Assembly: GCA_963782115.1 (NCBI GenBank)
Contig: CAWAIK010000003.1
Span: forward strand, 448,001-512,000
Source of the DNA: an uncultured Verrucomicrobiae bacterium
GTDB taxonomy: Bacteria > Verrucomicrobiota > Verrucomicrobiia > Chthoniobacterales > JAFAMB01
Length of the DNA stretch: 64,000 nt
Direction: 5' to 3'
This document shows positions 8,857 to 18,978 of the stretch, piece after piece. The position numbers and the translations under genes are program-made. A model generated the notes under the pieces. The model ran no database searches. It was not told the origin of the DNA and saw nothing but the letters and a program-made list of their open reading frames with translations. How positions within the stretch are numbered: position 1 is the stretch's first letter; each line of letters begins with the position of its first letter.

Positions 8857-11421
8857 CTATTTTGCGACCGATTCGGTCCTCCGCTTCCCGCCTGCGGCCG
8901 GAACTCGGCGGCGCTGCAGAAAAGCAAACGCAGGAACCATGTAGAAAAACGTCGTCAGCAAACACCAGAAAACTCCAATCGCGCAAACGATGCCAAGGCC
9001 GCTCAACGCCGGATTCTGCGCCGGAATCAGCACCGCAAAGCCGGAAAAAGTCGTCAGGCCGCAGATGGAAAGTGGCTTGAGAACGTTAGCCAGATTCTCT
9101 CTCAAATCCCCTTCGCGCCGGCTCACGACCAGAAACTGAATCCCGTAATCAACGCCGATCGCCAGAACCAGCGGAAAGGCCAGCGTATTGAGCAAATTGA
9201 TCGAGACATGAAACAGTTTCAGTGAGGCCACCAACCCAAGCATCGACAGAGCTAAAGCAGAGGCATGCACCAGCCAGAGCGAGAGCTTTCGATAAACAAG
9301 CCAGAGCAACGTGAGAATCAGGCCCCCGACGATCGTCGTGAACTCAACCAGTTCCCCTTTTGCCCACGGGATCAGATCCCACAACGTGTAGGACCAACCG
9401 GTGACAATCGCGCGAGGATCAGCGGCGTGAATAAGCTCTCCGATCTTTTTCTGCTCCGATTGCGAATGAATCGGATTGAGCGGTTGCACGTAACCCGCCG
9501 CGAGTCTGGGATTGGTCGCAAAATATCGGTCGATCAGAAACCACCAGCTCGACTTCTGCGGAAAGAGCTTTGACCAATCCGGCAATCCGGTCTGCGACCG
9601 TTCCGACTGGAGCCGGTCCAGCAGCTCAAATATGTTCTTGAACGAATCCACTTCGAATCCATTTCGCTCTAAACTCTCTCGAACAACTGCCTTGATTTTG
9701 TCGAAATCCAACTTCTTCAGCGCTTCACGGTTTTCTTTGATCCGTGCGGGAGAAAACGCCAATGCCACCGGCGTACTAACCGATTTCAGCTGCCCATCTT
9801 TTTGAGCCTCTTCCAAACGCTGCGACAGTCGCTCCCACCGATCATGGAACTCCTGCTGATCTTTCGCGTTGACCAGGATCGTGACCGGGTCTGACTCCTG
9901 CTTCATCTGGGTTGAAAGCACCTGCAGCGCAACCGATGCGGGAATCTTCTTCGGCTGAAGCGAAACCGGGTTAGTGTCGAATTTGAGCGGAACAAACGGC
10001 GCGACCGCGATCAGGGCGCTGATAACCAATACGCCGAATGAAACAGCCAATACCGGACGCGGTTCGCGAAACATGGCGTCTACAAATCTGGTTGTGCCAA
10101 TCAATATGAAGTCCGTTGTTTTTGGCGGCTTGGCGTGCCTGAAAAACATGAAAAGGAAAAGGACCATGAACAAGCCTGCGAAACCCACGCCGAGAGCGAC
10201 AAGCGTCCCTAACTGCCCGAACCCGGAACTTTGGCTGAACTTCAGTACCAGGAAACCGATCGCCGTGGTGACGATCACGTAAGAGATCGCCGCACCGATA
10301 TCCCGAACCGAAACAAACACCGCTTCATCATGCGACTGGCCCGCCCGACGCGCCTGCTGGTAACGGCCAAAAAGCAGAAGGCTGAAATCAACTCCAACGC
10401 CTGCCAGGATGGAGAAAAATCCGATCGCCACAACGTTGAGTTCGTGGAAGATTAACATCCCCAGCGCCAGCGCTACAAGGGCCGACAAACAGAGGATCAA
10501 AACAATGCCGATCAATGGTAGGAATCGGCGAAACGCCACGTAGAATAATCCGCTGACGATGCCGATCGAGAGAATCGCGCTCAACGAGATGTCTCCCTCC
10601 ATGCTATGTGAAATCTGAGCGACAAATGCCGTTCGACCGGTCACGTAGACCTTGGGCTTGTACCCGGTCCATTCGGTCAACATCCTGTCGGTGAACTGGT
10701 TCACCTTCTCCATGACAGCCTGGCTCGACCGAGCATCCAGGCCCGGCTGATTCGTAATGATCAACGCCAATTGGAAAACTCCGTCCTGCGAAGCCAGCGC
10801 ACTCCCCTGGTCCATCGAGGAACCTGAGCCAAACGGCTTCATTGCCCGGGCAAAGAGACCAAGCGGGTCGAGCGTAGCCTCCATTTGGGTCCGGATGGAA
10901 TCGCCCGTGATCGTGTCCCGGATACGGGTCAACCGTTCGTCAATAGTTCCCGGCTCGAGCTGTGCCATCGCGTCGTTGAATTCGTCGGGAGGCAAATTCA
11001 GCAGAAGCGCCGGAACGATGCCCTGAATTTCGTTCAGCCCTTCCTGCGTCTCTAAAGGGATCCTGTCAAATGTCCTGAGAACCCATGGCTGCTTTCCAAG
11101 TTCATCGATGAAATGCGTCTTGAACGCCTCTGCCTCATCCCCATGACCTTTCTCCCCCAGGAAGCCGAAGACCAATTGCCGCGCCTGGGCAAACTCGCTG
11201 TTGAATTCCTTCAGTCCGACCACCGACCCGAACTTCGACGGCAAGAGGTCCAGGACTTCCGAGTCGAAGTTCCTTCGCTTGATGACGATGAAGACCGAAA
11301 GAGCCGCGATAGCCAGCGCCGCAACAACCAGCGTCTTGGTTCGACGCGCGATGATGCGAGCTAAGAACTCTGTGATCTTGGCCGCATAAAACGACAGTCC
11401 AGACCTTGAGGGAAATTTCAT
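8857..11421 (-). CDS. MMPL/RND-family exporter
   Basis: Two repeats of TM bundle plus periplasmic loop; GVGVDFS and AIGVDYG motifs. Confidence 0.85.
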   Translation of the reverse strand: MKFPSRSGLSFYAAKITEFLARIIARRTKTLVVAALAIAALSVFIVIKRRNFDSEVLDLLPSKFGSVVGLKEFNSEFAQARQLVFGFLGEKGHGDEAEAFKTHFIDELGKQPWVLRTFDRIPLETQEGLNEIQGIVPALLLNLPPDEFNDAMAQLEPGTIDERLTRIRDTITGDSIRTQMEATLDPLGLFARAMKPFGSGSSMDQGSALASQDGVFQLALIITNQPGLDARSSQAVMEKVNQFTDRMLTEWTGYKPKVYVTGRTAFVAQISHSMEGDISLSAILSIGIVSGLFYVAFRRFLPLIGIVLILCLSALVALALGMLIFHELNVVAIGFFSILAGVGVDFSLLLFGRYQQARRAGQSHDEAVFVSVRDIGAAISYVIVTTAIGFLVLKFSQSSGFGQLGTLVALGVGFAGLFMVLFLFMFFRHAKPPKTTDFILIGTTRFVDAMFREPRPVLAVSFGVLVISALIAVAPFVPLKFDTNPVSLQPKKIPASVALQVLSTQMKQESDPVTILVNAKDQQEFHDRWERLSQRLEEAQKDGQLKSVSTPVALAFSPARIKENREALKKLDFDKIKAVVRESLERNGFEVDSFKNIFELLDRLQSERSQTGLPDWSKLFPQKSSWWFLIDRYFATNPRLAAGYVQPLNPIHSQSEQKKIGELIHAADPRAIVTGWSYTLWDLIPWAKGELVEFTTIVGGLILTLLWLVYRKLSLWLVHASALALSMLGLVASLKLFHVSINLLNTLAFPLVLAIGVDYGIQFLVVSRREGDLRENLANVLKPLSICGLTTFSGFAVLIPAQNPALSGLGIVCAIGVFWCLLTTFFYMVPAFAFLQRRRVPAAGGKRRTESVAK

Positions 11422-11520
11422 TCAGTAGACAGATTCGTTGGCCGGCAAAAGTGGAGATTCAATTACTTTATACCGTCACGCGTTGCAAGTGGACGCGGAT
11501 GTCCGGTCCTCGAAAAATGC

Positions 11521-11677
11521 AGTGTCAGTGTGTCAGTGTCAGGCAGACCAAAAGAGCGACCGCTTCATCGAGTATTCCGCGATTGCATTCAAAGCTCGAT
11601 TTCTTCGTCGCCGAAATGTCAACCCTGACCCGAGTTTAATTATCCGCTGACACTGACACTGACACTGGCACTGACAC
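11521..11677. repeat. Inverted pair of CTGACA hexamer tandem tracts
   Basis: AGTGTCAGTGTGTCAGTGTCAG at 11521-11542 and CTGACACTGACACTGACACTGGCACTGACAC at 11647-11677. Confidence 0.75.
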
Positions 11678-13577
11678 CCTCTCCCAACACTCGCTCCACC
11701 GCGGACACTGCCTCTTCCACCGTCACCGCCTTCATGCATCGAAAATCCAGTGGGCATTCCCGGAGAAAACATGGGCTGCACTCCACGTGATGGCGGATCA
11801 CCACGTGATCCTCTCCGATCGGCCCTGTGAGCTGCGGTTCAGTCGAACCAAAGATCGCCACCGTCGGCACTCCTAGAAACGCTGCCAAATGCATCGTCCC
11901 GGTGTCGTTGGTCAGCAAGACTCTGCACCGTCGAAGTTGCGCCGACAGTTCCAATAGAGTCGTGCGACCGGTCAGGTCCGTTGCGCTGGTCGGCAACCCC
12001 TTCATGATTTCGGCTGCAAGCGGCTTCTCATTGGCGGTGCCAAAAATCAGCCAATGCAATCCGTGCCGTTCGGATAGCTGTTTGGCGGCCAAACCAAACT
12101 CCGTCCAGCGCTTCGCCGGGCCGTACTCCGCACCAGGGCAGAGACCGGCCAGCCCAGGTTCACCGGATCGGTGGTTCTTGTGCTCCAACTCCTCGTCCAG
12201 ATTCGCCCCGATTCGATCCATGATGCGCAGGTAGTCAGTTGTCTGATGTTGCAATGGAGCCGGGCCCGACCGTTCAGGAATGAATTGATTCAGGAAAAAA
12301 TCGCGCCACGGCCGAGAGTAACCGACCCGGCGGGGAATTCCGGCTAACCAAGTTTCGATGGCACTCCGGACGGAATTCGGAAACAGGATCCCAACGTCGA
12401 AATCGCCGCGGATCTTTGAAGCGACGCGGAAAACAGAGTCACCTGGCTCGATCGTGATCAATTCGTCGACCTCAGGCATGAGGTGCCAGAAATCCGCCAG
12501 CTTCGATCGGGTCAACACCGTTATTCGAACATCGGGTCTGCCTCGCTTGAGGCGCCGGACAGCCGGCGCGCTCATCGCGGCGTCACCCAGCCAGTTACTG
12601 GATCGCACCAGGATACGAAACGGCGCAAGGCGCCCACTGTTTTTTGGCACATAAACGCCGCGTTTGTATTCACGGAGCAGAAATTTCGGCGAGGGAGTCT
12701 TCCACCGTTGATGAAGCCAGAACCAATCGCTCGGTCGTCGGATGATCAACAATTCCAGCGCCTGATTAATTCGATGAGTCAACTCCTCAATGGACGCGCC
12801 TTGCTTTGGCACGAACTCACCGACGTCCAAACGCCATTTTCCGGGACCAACCGTGAATATTGCCACCGGAAGAAGTTCTGCACCGGTCTTCGTCGCGAGG
12901 ATCGCCGGCAAAGGGGTTGTGGAGGCCAGACGATTGAAAAACGGGGTCCAAACGCCCTTATCCCCGGCATGCTGATCCACCAGGATTCCCAAGACTCCGC
13001 CTCCCTTTAGGACGTGTGTGCTTTGTGCTAGCCCATGCTTACGCTCGATCAACTCCAATCCGGTGCGTCCTCGGGCACGGCGGATATGCGCGTCTATAAA
13101 TCGATTCCGCAACGCACGGTAAATAACAGCGTGCTTGCAAGTGCGGACCAACCCGGCACAGAAGATGAAAAGTTCCCAGTTCCCTATGTGATTAATCGTC
13201 CAGAGAACGCTCTTGGCCCCTTCCATTCGTTCCCTTGCCCGCTCCAGATTCGACACATCCAGATGCTTCCGGACTTCCTCCCAAGGCTTTTCCAGCAGCA
13301 CAAAGGAACAGAGTAGATTCGCCATGAGATTCATGAAATGGCGCTTGGCGCAACGCTTTACCTCTTCGCGAGACCAATCGGGAAAAGCTATTCGGATGTT
13401 CGCCACCGCCAGACGACGGTAGCCACCGAGTAAATTGTACCCGAACCAGCCAACGGATTGACCCAGACCAAACACCCAACACAATGGTAAACATCCCAAC
13501 AGCCATCCTACCCCCCGGTAAATAAGGTAGACGACGTAATCGAGGACATCCGCTGGTTTCAGCCGAGAGTTGCTCAT
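11640..13577 (-). CDS. Fused lipid A acyltransferase (LpxL-like) and heptosyltransferase II (WaaF-like)
   Basis: N-half has HIGNWE, GILVDQ and WFWLHQRWK; C-half has NWLGDAAMS, PGAEYGPAKRW, TNDTGTMHLAA and CSPCFLRECP. Confidence 0.9.
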   Translation of the reverse strand: MSNSRLKPADVLDYVVYLIYRGVGWLLGCLPLCWVFGLGQSVGWFGYNLLGGYRRLAVANIRIAFPDWSREEVKRCAKRHFMNLMANLLCSFVLLEKPWEEVRKHLDVSNLERARERMEGAKSVLWTINHIGNWELFIFCAGLVRTCKHAVIYRALRNRFIDAHIRRARGRTGLELIERKHGLAQSTHVLKGGGVLGILVDQHAGDKGVWTPFFNRLASTTPLPAILATKTGAELLPVAIFTVGPGKWRLDVGEFVPKQGASIEELTHRINQALELLIIRRPSDWFWLHQRWKTPSPKFLLREYKRGVYVPKNSGRLAPFRILVRSSNWLGDAAMSAPAVRRLKRGRPDVRITVLTRSKLADFWHLMPEVDELITIEPGDSVFRVASKIRGDFDVGILFPNSVRSAIETWLAGIPRRVGYSRPWRDFFLNQFIPERSGPAPLQHQTTDYLRIMDRIGANLDEELEHKNHRSGEPGLAGLCPGAEYGPAKRWTEFGLAAKQLSERHGLHWLIFGTANEKPLAAEIMKGLPTSATDLTGRTTLLELSAQLRRCRVLLTNDTGTMHLAAFLGVPTVAIFGSTEPQLTGPIGEDHVVIRHHVECSPCFLRECPLDFRCMKAVTVEEAVSAVERVLGEGVSASVSVSVSG

Positions 13578-13589
13578 TCCAATATTTAG

Positions 13590-14492
13590 CTACCCTCTCG
13601 GATGAAACTGCTTGTGGACCGATTTCAGGCGGCTCTGCTCCACGTGCGTGTAGATCTGCGTTGTGGCAATATCCGCGTGGCCTAACAGTTCCTGAATGAT
13701 CCGCAGATCAGCTCCGTTCGCAAGAAGGTGCGTCGCAAAAGAGTGCCGCAAAAGATGCGGATAAACATTGGTTTCAAATCCGGCTGCTGCCGCAATCTCC
13801 TTTAAAATTTGCCAGATCCGTTGGGTCGTGAGCTTTTTCCCGTGCCTGGACAGGAAGACTTCGTTCCCGGACTTGCGCGCAACCAAGCGGATTCGTTCCT
13901 GCTTCACATACTGGTCGATCGCGTCACAGGCAATGTGTCCAATTGGCACCAGCCTCGTCTTTGAGCCCTTGCCTATCACCCGGATTACCCGTTCTTGCAG
14001 ATTCAGATTCTCTAGGCTTGCACCAGCTAGTTCGCTGATCCGCAGTCCCGACGCATAGAACAATTCCAGGATCGCCTGGTCCCGCAATGGGAACGGCCGG
14101 CCTTGGAGATTGATTTCCAGTAGATGATTCACCTGCACCTGGTTCAACGTTTCGGGCAAAAATCGCGTTAGGCGCGGTAACGGAAGCAGCTCCGCCGGAT
14201 CCCGGTCCGTCATCAAGCGCATCTTCAAAAACCTAAAGAAAATCTTCAGCGCGACTACAACGAGCTTCATGGAACCAGGAGCAAGACCTCTTTCCTTCTC
14301 TGTAGCAAGGTATTCGATCAACGCACCCAGCTCGACCTCGCGCGGTGCGGAAAGCTGCTTTAGTTTCCCTGCCCAATCCGCAAATTTTTCGAGAGAACGC
14401 CTCGTCAACAGTTGATAATTCGCCGACAACCCACGCTCAGTGGCGAGATAGAGAATAAAACAATTGATGGCCTCCGCAAACTCGGTATCCAC
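13590..14492 (-). CDS. xerD: Site-specific tyrosine recombinase XerD
   Basis: ERGLSAN, RDQAILELFYASGLRISEL, GKGSKTRLVP, PHLLRHSFATHLL, LLGHADIATTQIYTHV and FHPRG. Confidence 0.88.
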   Translation of the reverse strand: MDTEFAEAINCFILYLATERGLSANYQLLTRRSLEKFADWAGKLKQLSAPREVELGALIEYLATEKERGLAPGSMKLVVVALKIFFRFLKMRLMTDRDPAELLPLPRLTRFLPETLNQVQVNHLLEINLQGRPFPLRDQAILELFYASGLRISELAGASLENLNLQERVIRVIGKGSKTRLVPIGHIACDAIDQYVKQERIRLVARKSGNEVFLSRHGKKLTTQRIWQILKEIAAAAGFETNVYPHLLRHSFATHLLANGADLRIIQELLGHADIATTQIYTHVEQSRLKSVHKQFHPRG

Positions 14493-14641
14493 TCCCCGCA
14501 GAATCTAGGAGATTCCGACCTCCGATACGAGGGGAAAAACGGCCGTCCGATCATGTTTCACGGTTCGTCCCACGGCCTGACGGGAAAAAACGGCTTGCGA
14601 TCCGGCGACTCCATGGCAGCGTTTTGTTCCGTTCGCTACCC

Positions 14642-14715
14642 GCGGGCATAGCTTAATGGTAAAGCTCCAGCCTTCCAAGCTGGCCATGCGAGTTCGATTC
14701 TCGTTGCCCGCTCCA
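14642..14715 (+). tRNA. tRNA-Gly (anticodon TCC)
   Basis: Acceptor stem GCGGGCA/TGCCCGC; anticodon stem CCAGC/GCTGG with loop CTTCCAA; T-arm GCGAG-TTCGATT-CTCGT; encoded CCA. Confidence 0.97.
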
Positions 14716-15064
14716 AGCCTACAAATCAACGACTTATGCAGATGTAAAGATGCTTTTGGCGATTTTCCTAACATATTTTCCCTCGAACTCCTAGGATGTC
14801 CAACTCTGTCCATAAAAAAATACGAGTTGGCTGGCTCCGAGCATATGTTTGAGCCTTCCCGTCAGAGTCGCGGGTTCGATTCCCGCTACCAGCATCTCGC
14901 TATTGCACGCAGTGATGAGCAGGACGGGCCGGCCGCGCAGCAACGGAAAACGTTTGCCCGTCCCCGGCAAAACCGGAAAGATCCCGAATCTGGGAAGTGG
15001 ATGCGCACGCAGGCGAGCCCCTTTAGAACGCCTGGTGCCTCACTGCACCAGATGCACGAGGCTC

Positions 15065-16162
15065 TCAACCAGTGGGATTGGCCACCGTTTGGTAAACTAC
15101 GTCGCTTCCGCTGTAAAATGGCCGGTACCATATTCCACCAAATTCAAAGTATTTGGCGCCATTCACTGTCACGGTTGCGGCTCCGTCGGGGATTGACGGA
15201 ACCAAGACACCTACCGGCGGGTCCACAATCTTATAGCCTTCGCCAGCTTCCTCGTAGAACACACCGTTGGAGTAGGCGAAGCTTTGGTCGGCGCCATGGA
15301 CCGTTGTAGACGACTCAGGAGCCGAAGGGATGACCGCTCCTTTGGGAGGCGGTACGACGGCATACCCATTGCCCTGGGGCGAAGGCGCGTAGTAAACGCC
15401 ACCTGAGTAGTAGTAGGGGTTACCCTGGACCGTGACGGGCGTTGATTGCGCCGGAAGGCTGGCGACCGTTGCACCCATCGCCAAGCCAGCGGTTGCCAAT
15501 CCGGCGTAGTAGCCGCCCCAAGTACCAGCCGAGCCGCCGCCGTACCAGGCGCCGTTGGAGCCGACGGTTCCGTAGGTATTTGCGTAGTTATTTGCAAAAT
15601 TCTGACGACTCTGCTGCGTGTTCTGCCCATAACTTTGGCGACTTTGCTGCGCGTTCTGTCCATAACTCTGGCGACTCTGCTGCGTGTTCTGTCCATAAGT
15701 TTGGCGACTCTGCTGCGCGTTCTGCTGATTAGTCTGATGACTCTGCTGCACGTTCTGCTCATTAGTCTGATGACTCTGCTGCGCGTTCTGCGTGGTTTGT
15801 TGGCGTTGAGCCTGGTTCTGGCCGGTACTGCTCTGCCGGTTCGCCTGGTTCTGGCCGGTACTGCTCTGCCGATTCGCCTGGTTACTGCTTCTACTTTGCT
15901 GGCTTGAGCCTCTTGCCTGCTGCGTGCTACCGGTGCGAGCGCCTTGCGACGACGCTTTACCAGACGAAAACCCCCCCCCGCTCGCTGTACCTCCGCGGGA
16001 AAAGCCGCCACCTCCTCCACCGCCACCTCGTCCGCCGCCACCTCCTCGTTCACCTCCGCCTCCTCGTGCGACGGCGAAATCTTCACCCTGAATTACGAAA
16101 AACAGGACAAAAACAAGTGCTATTTGACTTGCAATCACTCTTAACAGGGATCTGTATTTCAT
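15065..16162 (-). CDS. Exported protein with Gly-rich and Gln-rich repeats and a DUF6515-like C-terminus
   Basis: Signal peptide, GGG tract, 11-aa QQSRQxYGQNx repeats, then YYYSGGVYY..YAVVPPP-type repeats. Confidence 0.75.
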   Translation of the reverse strand: MKYRSLLRVIASQIALVFVLFFVIQGEDFAVARGGGGERGGGGGRGGGGGGGGFSRGGTASGGGFSSGKASSQGARTGSTQQARGSSQQSRSSNQANRQSSTGQNQANRQSSTGQNQAQRQQTTQNAQQSHQTNEQNVQQSHQTNQQNAQQSRQTYGQNTQQSRQSYGQNAQQSRQSYGQNTQQSRQNFANNYANTYGTVGSNGAWYGGGSAGTWGGYYAGLATAGLAMGATVASLPAQSTPVTVQGNPYYYSGGVYYAPSPQGNGYAVVPPPKGAVIPSAPESSTTVHGADQSFAYSNGVFYEEAGEGYKIVDPPVGVLVPSIPDGAATVTVNGAKYFEFGGIWYRPFYSGSDVVYQTVANPTG

Positions 16163-16965
16163 TTCTCGCCTCCTTTCTTAGAAGTGGCCGGAGCAGCGGC
16201 GTTGCCAACCTCGGTCAGGAATTGAATTCGATCCGCGCCATTCGGCGGAGTAAACGTAAAAAGCGCGTCAGAAACTTCCGGGCCCAAATTCCAATTGGAG
16301 AGGTCAGCCCAGAACTGCGGTTGCCCCGTTTCATCTTTGTAGGTGATCACAACGCGCCTCGGCAAAGGCTCGCTTCCCTGGGCAACCCATACTTGAAAGT
16401 CTACACCTGTCGAAGTTCGCGCGGCGACATGATCGCAGGGTACATCCGTTATAGTTGTTGTTTCCACGTAGTCCGCTGAAACAACAAGCTTATCCAATTC
16501 ACTTGGAAGCGTGCTCACGAGCATCAGGGCCAAGGGCACCCGGACCTTGAGATCGTCGACTGCATACTTGATTGCCTGGTCCAGGGTGCCTGGCCTGGAA
16601 ACGGTGGCGTAGACATTTTTCTTCGCCGTGTAAACGGTGATCTCTTTGCCATCGAAAATGACCAAACCTTTTTCGCCATCGCTTCTCTCGATTTCAAAAC
16701 GCAAGTGATCAGGACGGCTGACAGTCACTTTGCGGACCTCACCATATTCGATCTTTTGCCCGGATGCCTGAACCGCGTCATAACCATCACGAATGGTGAC
16801 GCTGAAGCGCTCGGCCTTGGCTAGATATTCGCTCATGTTTTTCAGGATACTCATCGCCCGCTGTTCGGATGCCGATGGGGTCGCATCCTGTGCGACCAGG
16901 ACCGGTGCCACCATCAGCATCAGGCCCACGACGGGTAAAGCGAGGTGCAAACTTTTGTTATTCAT
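16159..16965 (-). CDS. DUF2092 periplasmic protein
   Basis: ILKNMSEYLA, VSRPDHLR, VDFQVWVAQGSEPLPRRVVITYK and FTFTPP; 4-bp overlap with the next gene. Confidence 0.85.
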   Translation of the reverse strand: MNNKSLHLALPVVGLMLMVAPVLVAQDATPSASEQRAMSILKNMSEYLAKAERFSVTIRDGYDAVQASGQKIEYGEVRKVTVSRPDHLRFEIERSDGEKGLVIFDGKEITVYTAKKNVYATVSRPGTLDQAIKYAVDDLKVRVPLALMLVSTLPSELDKLVVSADYVETTTITDVPCDHVAARTSTGVDFQVWVAQGSEPLPRRVVITYKDETGQPQFWADLSNWNLGPEVSDALFTFTPPNGADRIQFLTEVGNAAAPATSKKGGEK

Positions 16966-17338
16966 TCCAAAAACCTTTGTTGAATTTTGCCTATCATAGC
17001 GAAAAACGCCGCCTGCTCTTCCGCATCGCGAAAATTATTACATCGCGGTTCGATAGATTTTGTGTCGACCGTAAAATCCCCTGCCGCGCTCGGCAGCGCG
17101 GCCCCTGCGTTCATAGAAAAGCCCGAGTCTTTTCACGGGAAGCTTTGGGGGGTACACCGATAACTCTTAGCGCAACGCGCCGAACGAAATTCACCTCCGC
17201 CAATATGCACCTCGGCGCTGGCTACGTCTACTGGACTTTGATTCGATAGAAGCACCAAGTTGAGAACTAGATTCTGCCAATGAATTGAAAGGCGCACCAA
17301 AAAGATGATCGCCGTCGTGCTCCCGCCAAACGCGACTC

Positions 17339-18285
17339 TTAAAGACCTCCGCCCCAGCTGTACTGCCAGGAGATGCCGATCACGTTGAAGTTGCTCCGGG
17401 TTCGTGAATAAACGCCGGTATTACCGTAAAGCTTTAGCGAGTTTTTCCGATCAATGGGAAACGTGAAGGTAGCGCCGAAACGCAAATTCTCTTGTGAATT
17501 GTCACTTGTCACACCGTCTTGCGTCGTTTGGCCGCCGAAGTAGTAGATAGCGTCAAGTGCACCCCAAATGCCTCGGCCAAAACTACGGATCAGGTGCCCC
17601 TGCACGGCGTAAATCGGAGCCTGCTGCAGGTTGTTGCCTCGGAAAGGCTGGTTGTTATCGGTAAAAAAGTATGCACCAGCCGCTAGCTCGACTGTCAACG
17701 GGCCAAATACCTTGGAGATACCAATCTCCGGTTTGAAAGACCACCGGTTGGTGCCAATGTTCACGAGCTTTTGCGAATCGTACTGTCCCAGGGGAGCCGT
17801 CACCTCGAGGCTCACACCGATGATAGTGTCTTGCTTGTATTCAGTGAACTCTTTTAGTGAGAGCGACGGGGCGCCAAAGAGGTTCACATAGAAGCGGAAA
17901 ATTGGGTCGGCAAGACCGAAGACAGCTCTGCTCCTGGTTTGTCCTAGGACTTTCGCGGTGCCCGAGAGCCAAACCTGAATTTCTTCCCGGACTTGCCCCA
18001 GAGATCCAGGGACCGGGAATACGCGAAGACCGAGCTATCTGTCGTCAGTTTACCATTCGTGATCGGTACCGACGGATCGAATGTCACATTACCTTCGCTG
18101 TAACCATAGCCGACGATGAGAAAGTTGATCCCGGACGGAATGTTCGAGTACGCCCTTGGCTCGATATCCGCCGCGCTCAGACATGTCGCCCCGAGCGCTG
18201 TCCCCGCCAACATCCCGGCAAATAAGGAGCGGGTTGGTCCGAGAAAACGTTCAAAATGGGATGTCAGATTGGCAGATTCCAGCAT
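17339..18285 (-). pseudogene. Outer-membrane transporter (MetA-pathway-of-phenol-degradation-like), internally deleted and frameshifted
   Basis: DIEPRAYSNIPSGINF in one frame and APLGQYD...NIGTNRW...WQYSWGGGL in another; break near 17900-17980. Confidence 0.75.
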
Positions 18286-18309
18286 GCTCGACCGCATTGC
18301 CACGTTTAA

Positions 18310-18930
18310 CCTAAATTCCGAAATTGAGCTGCAAAATTGAGCAAATTCATGCTGCATTTTCTGTTGGCGGATCGAATTTCGGAGAAGTTGACGGTGGTCA
18401 ATGTAAGAGCTTGTTAAAGAGCGGCTTTCGTTGGGAATAGCCACCCCAGTTTTTGGACATGTGGAGTACCAGGTGATGTCCGCTGCGACCAAGGATCGTA
18501 CCGCAGGTGAAAAGCTCGAAACGCAGGGTGGCCGGCTGCTTGTAAGTCTTGAGCGTTGGGTCAACCGCAAGTTGAAATTCGCTCAAGAGATTGAAGCTAA
18601 AAAAGTACAGCAAGAAAGGCCGACTCGGTGGCGAAGAAGGAACGCAAACAGAAGTGATCCGCGGCCAGCTCGTTCTAGAGCTCGTCGATGCGGCATTCGA
18701 CGCCAGCCCGACGGTTATAGTCGCGCCAGATCTCCAAGGCTGAGTCGCTGCGATTAGTGACAAAGACCCGGAACAAGTAGCCGGGTAACTCCATGAGCTT
18801 ACGACCCACGGCCGCTCTCTTACTTTGGATCTCTTCGCGTACCACCACAAAGCGCTGTGCGCTTTTCCAATTCCAAAGTTTGAATTGGAACTCGCTCAGG
18901 GCGTAGAGAGCATCCAGAGTTTGCCATCTG
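18310..18930 (-). mobile_element. IS1380-family remnant (3' part of the transposase plus one end)
   Basis: Minus frame reads RFVVVREE..GRKLMELPGYLFRVFVTN..EIWRDYNRRAGVECRIDEL*..FFATE, then a frameshift, then QPATLRFELF; terminus CCTAAATTCC at 18310 resembles ISEcp1-type ends. Confidence 0.8.
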
Positions 18931-18978
18931 TTGATCTGTCATCATCCGTTTCTCAATGGCGGGTTTTTTATGAGGCTG

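Noticed and set aside
13590..14492. Tyrosine recombinase beside the tRNA as the island integrase
   Set aside because: It has housekeeping XerD motifs and lies outside the att repeats; the element integrase is at 38423-39670
18431..18757. Plus-strand 108-aa ORF as a gene
   Set aside because: It is the antisense shadow of the IS1380 transposase remnant
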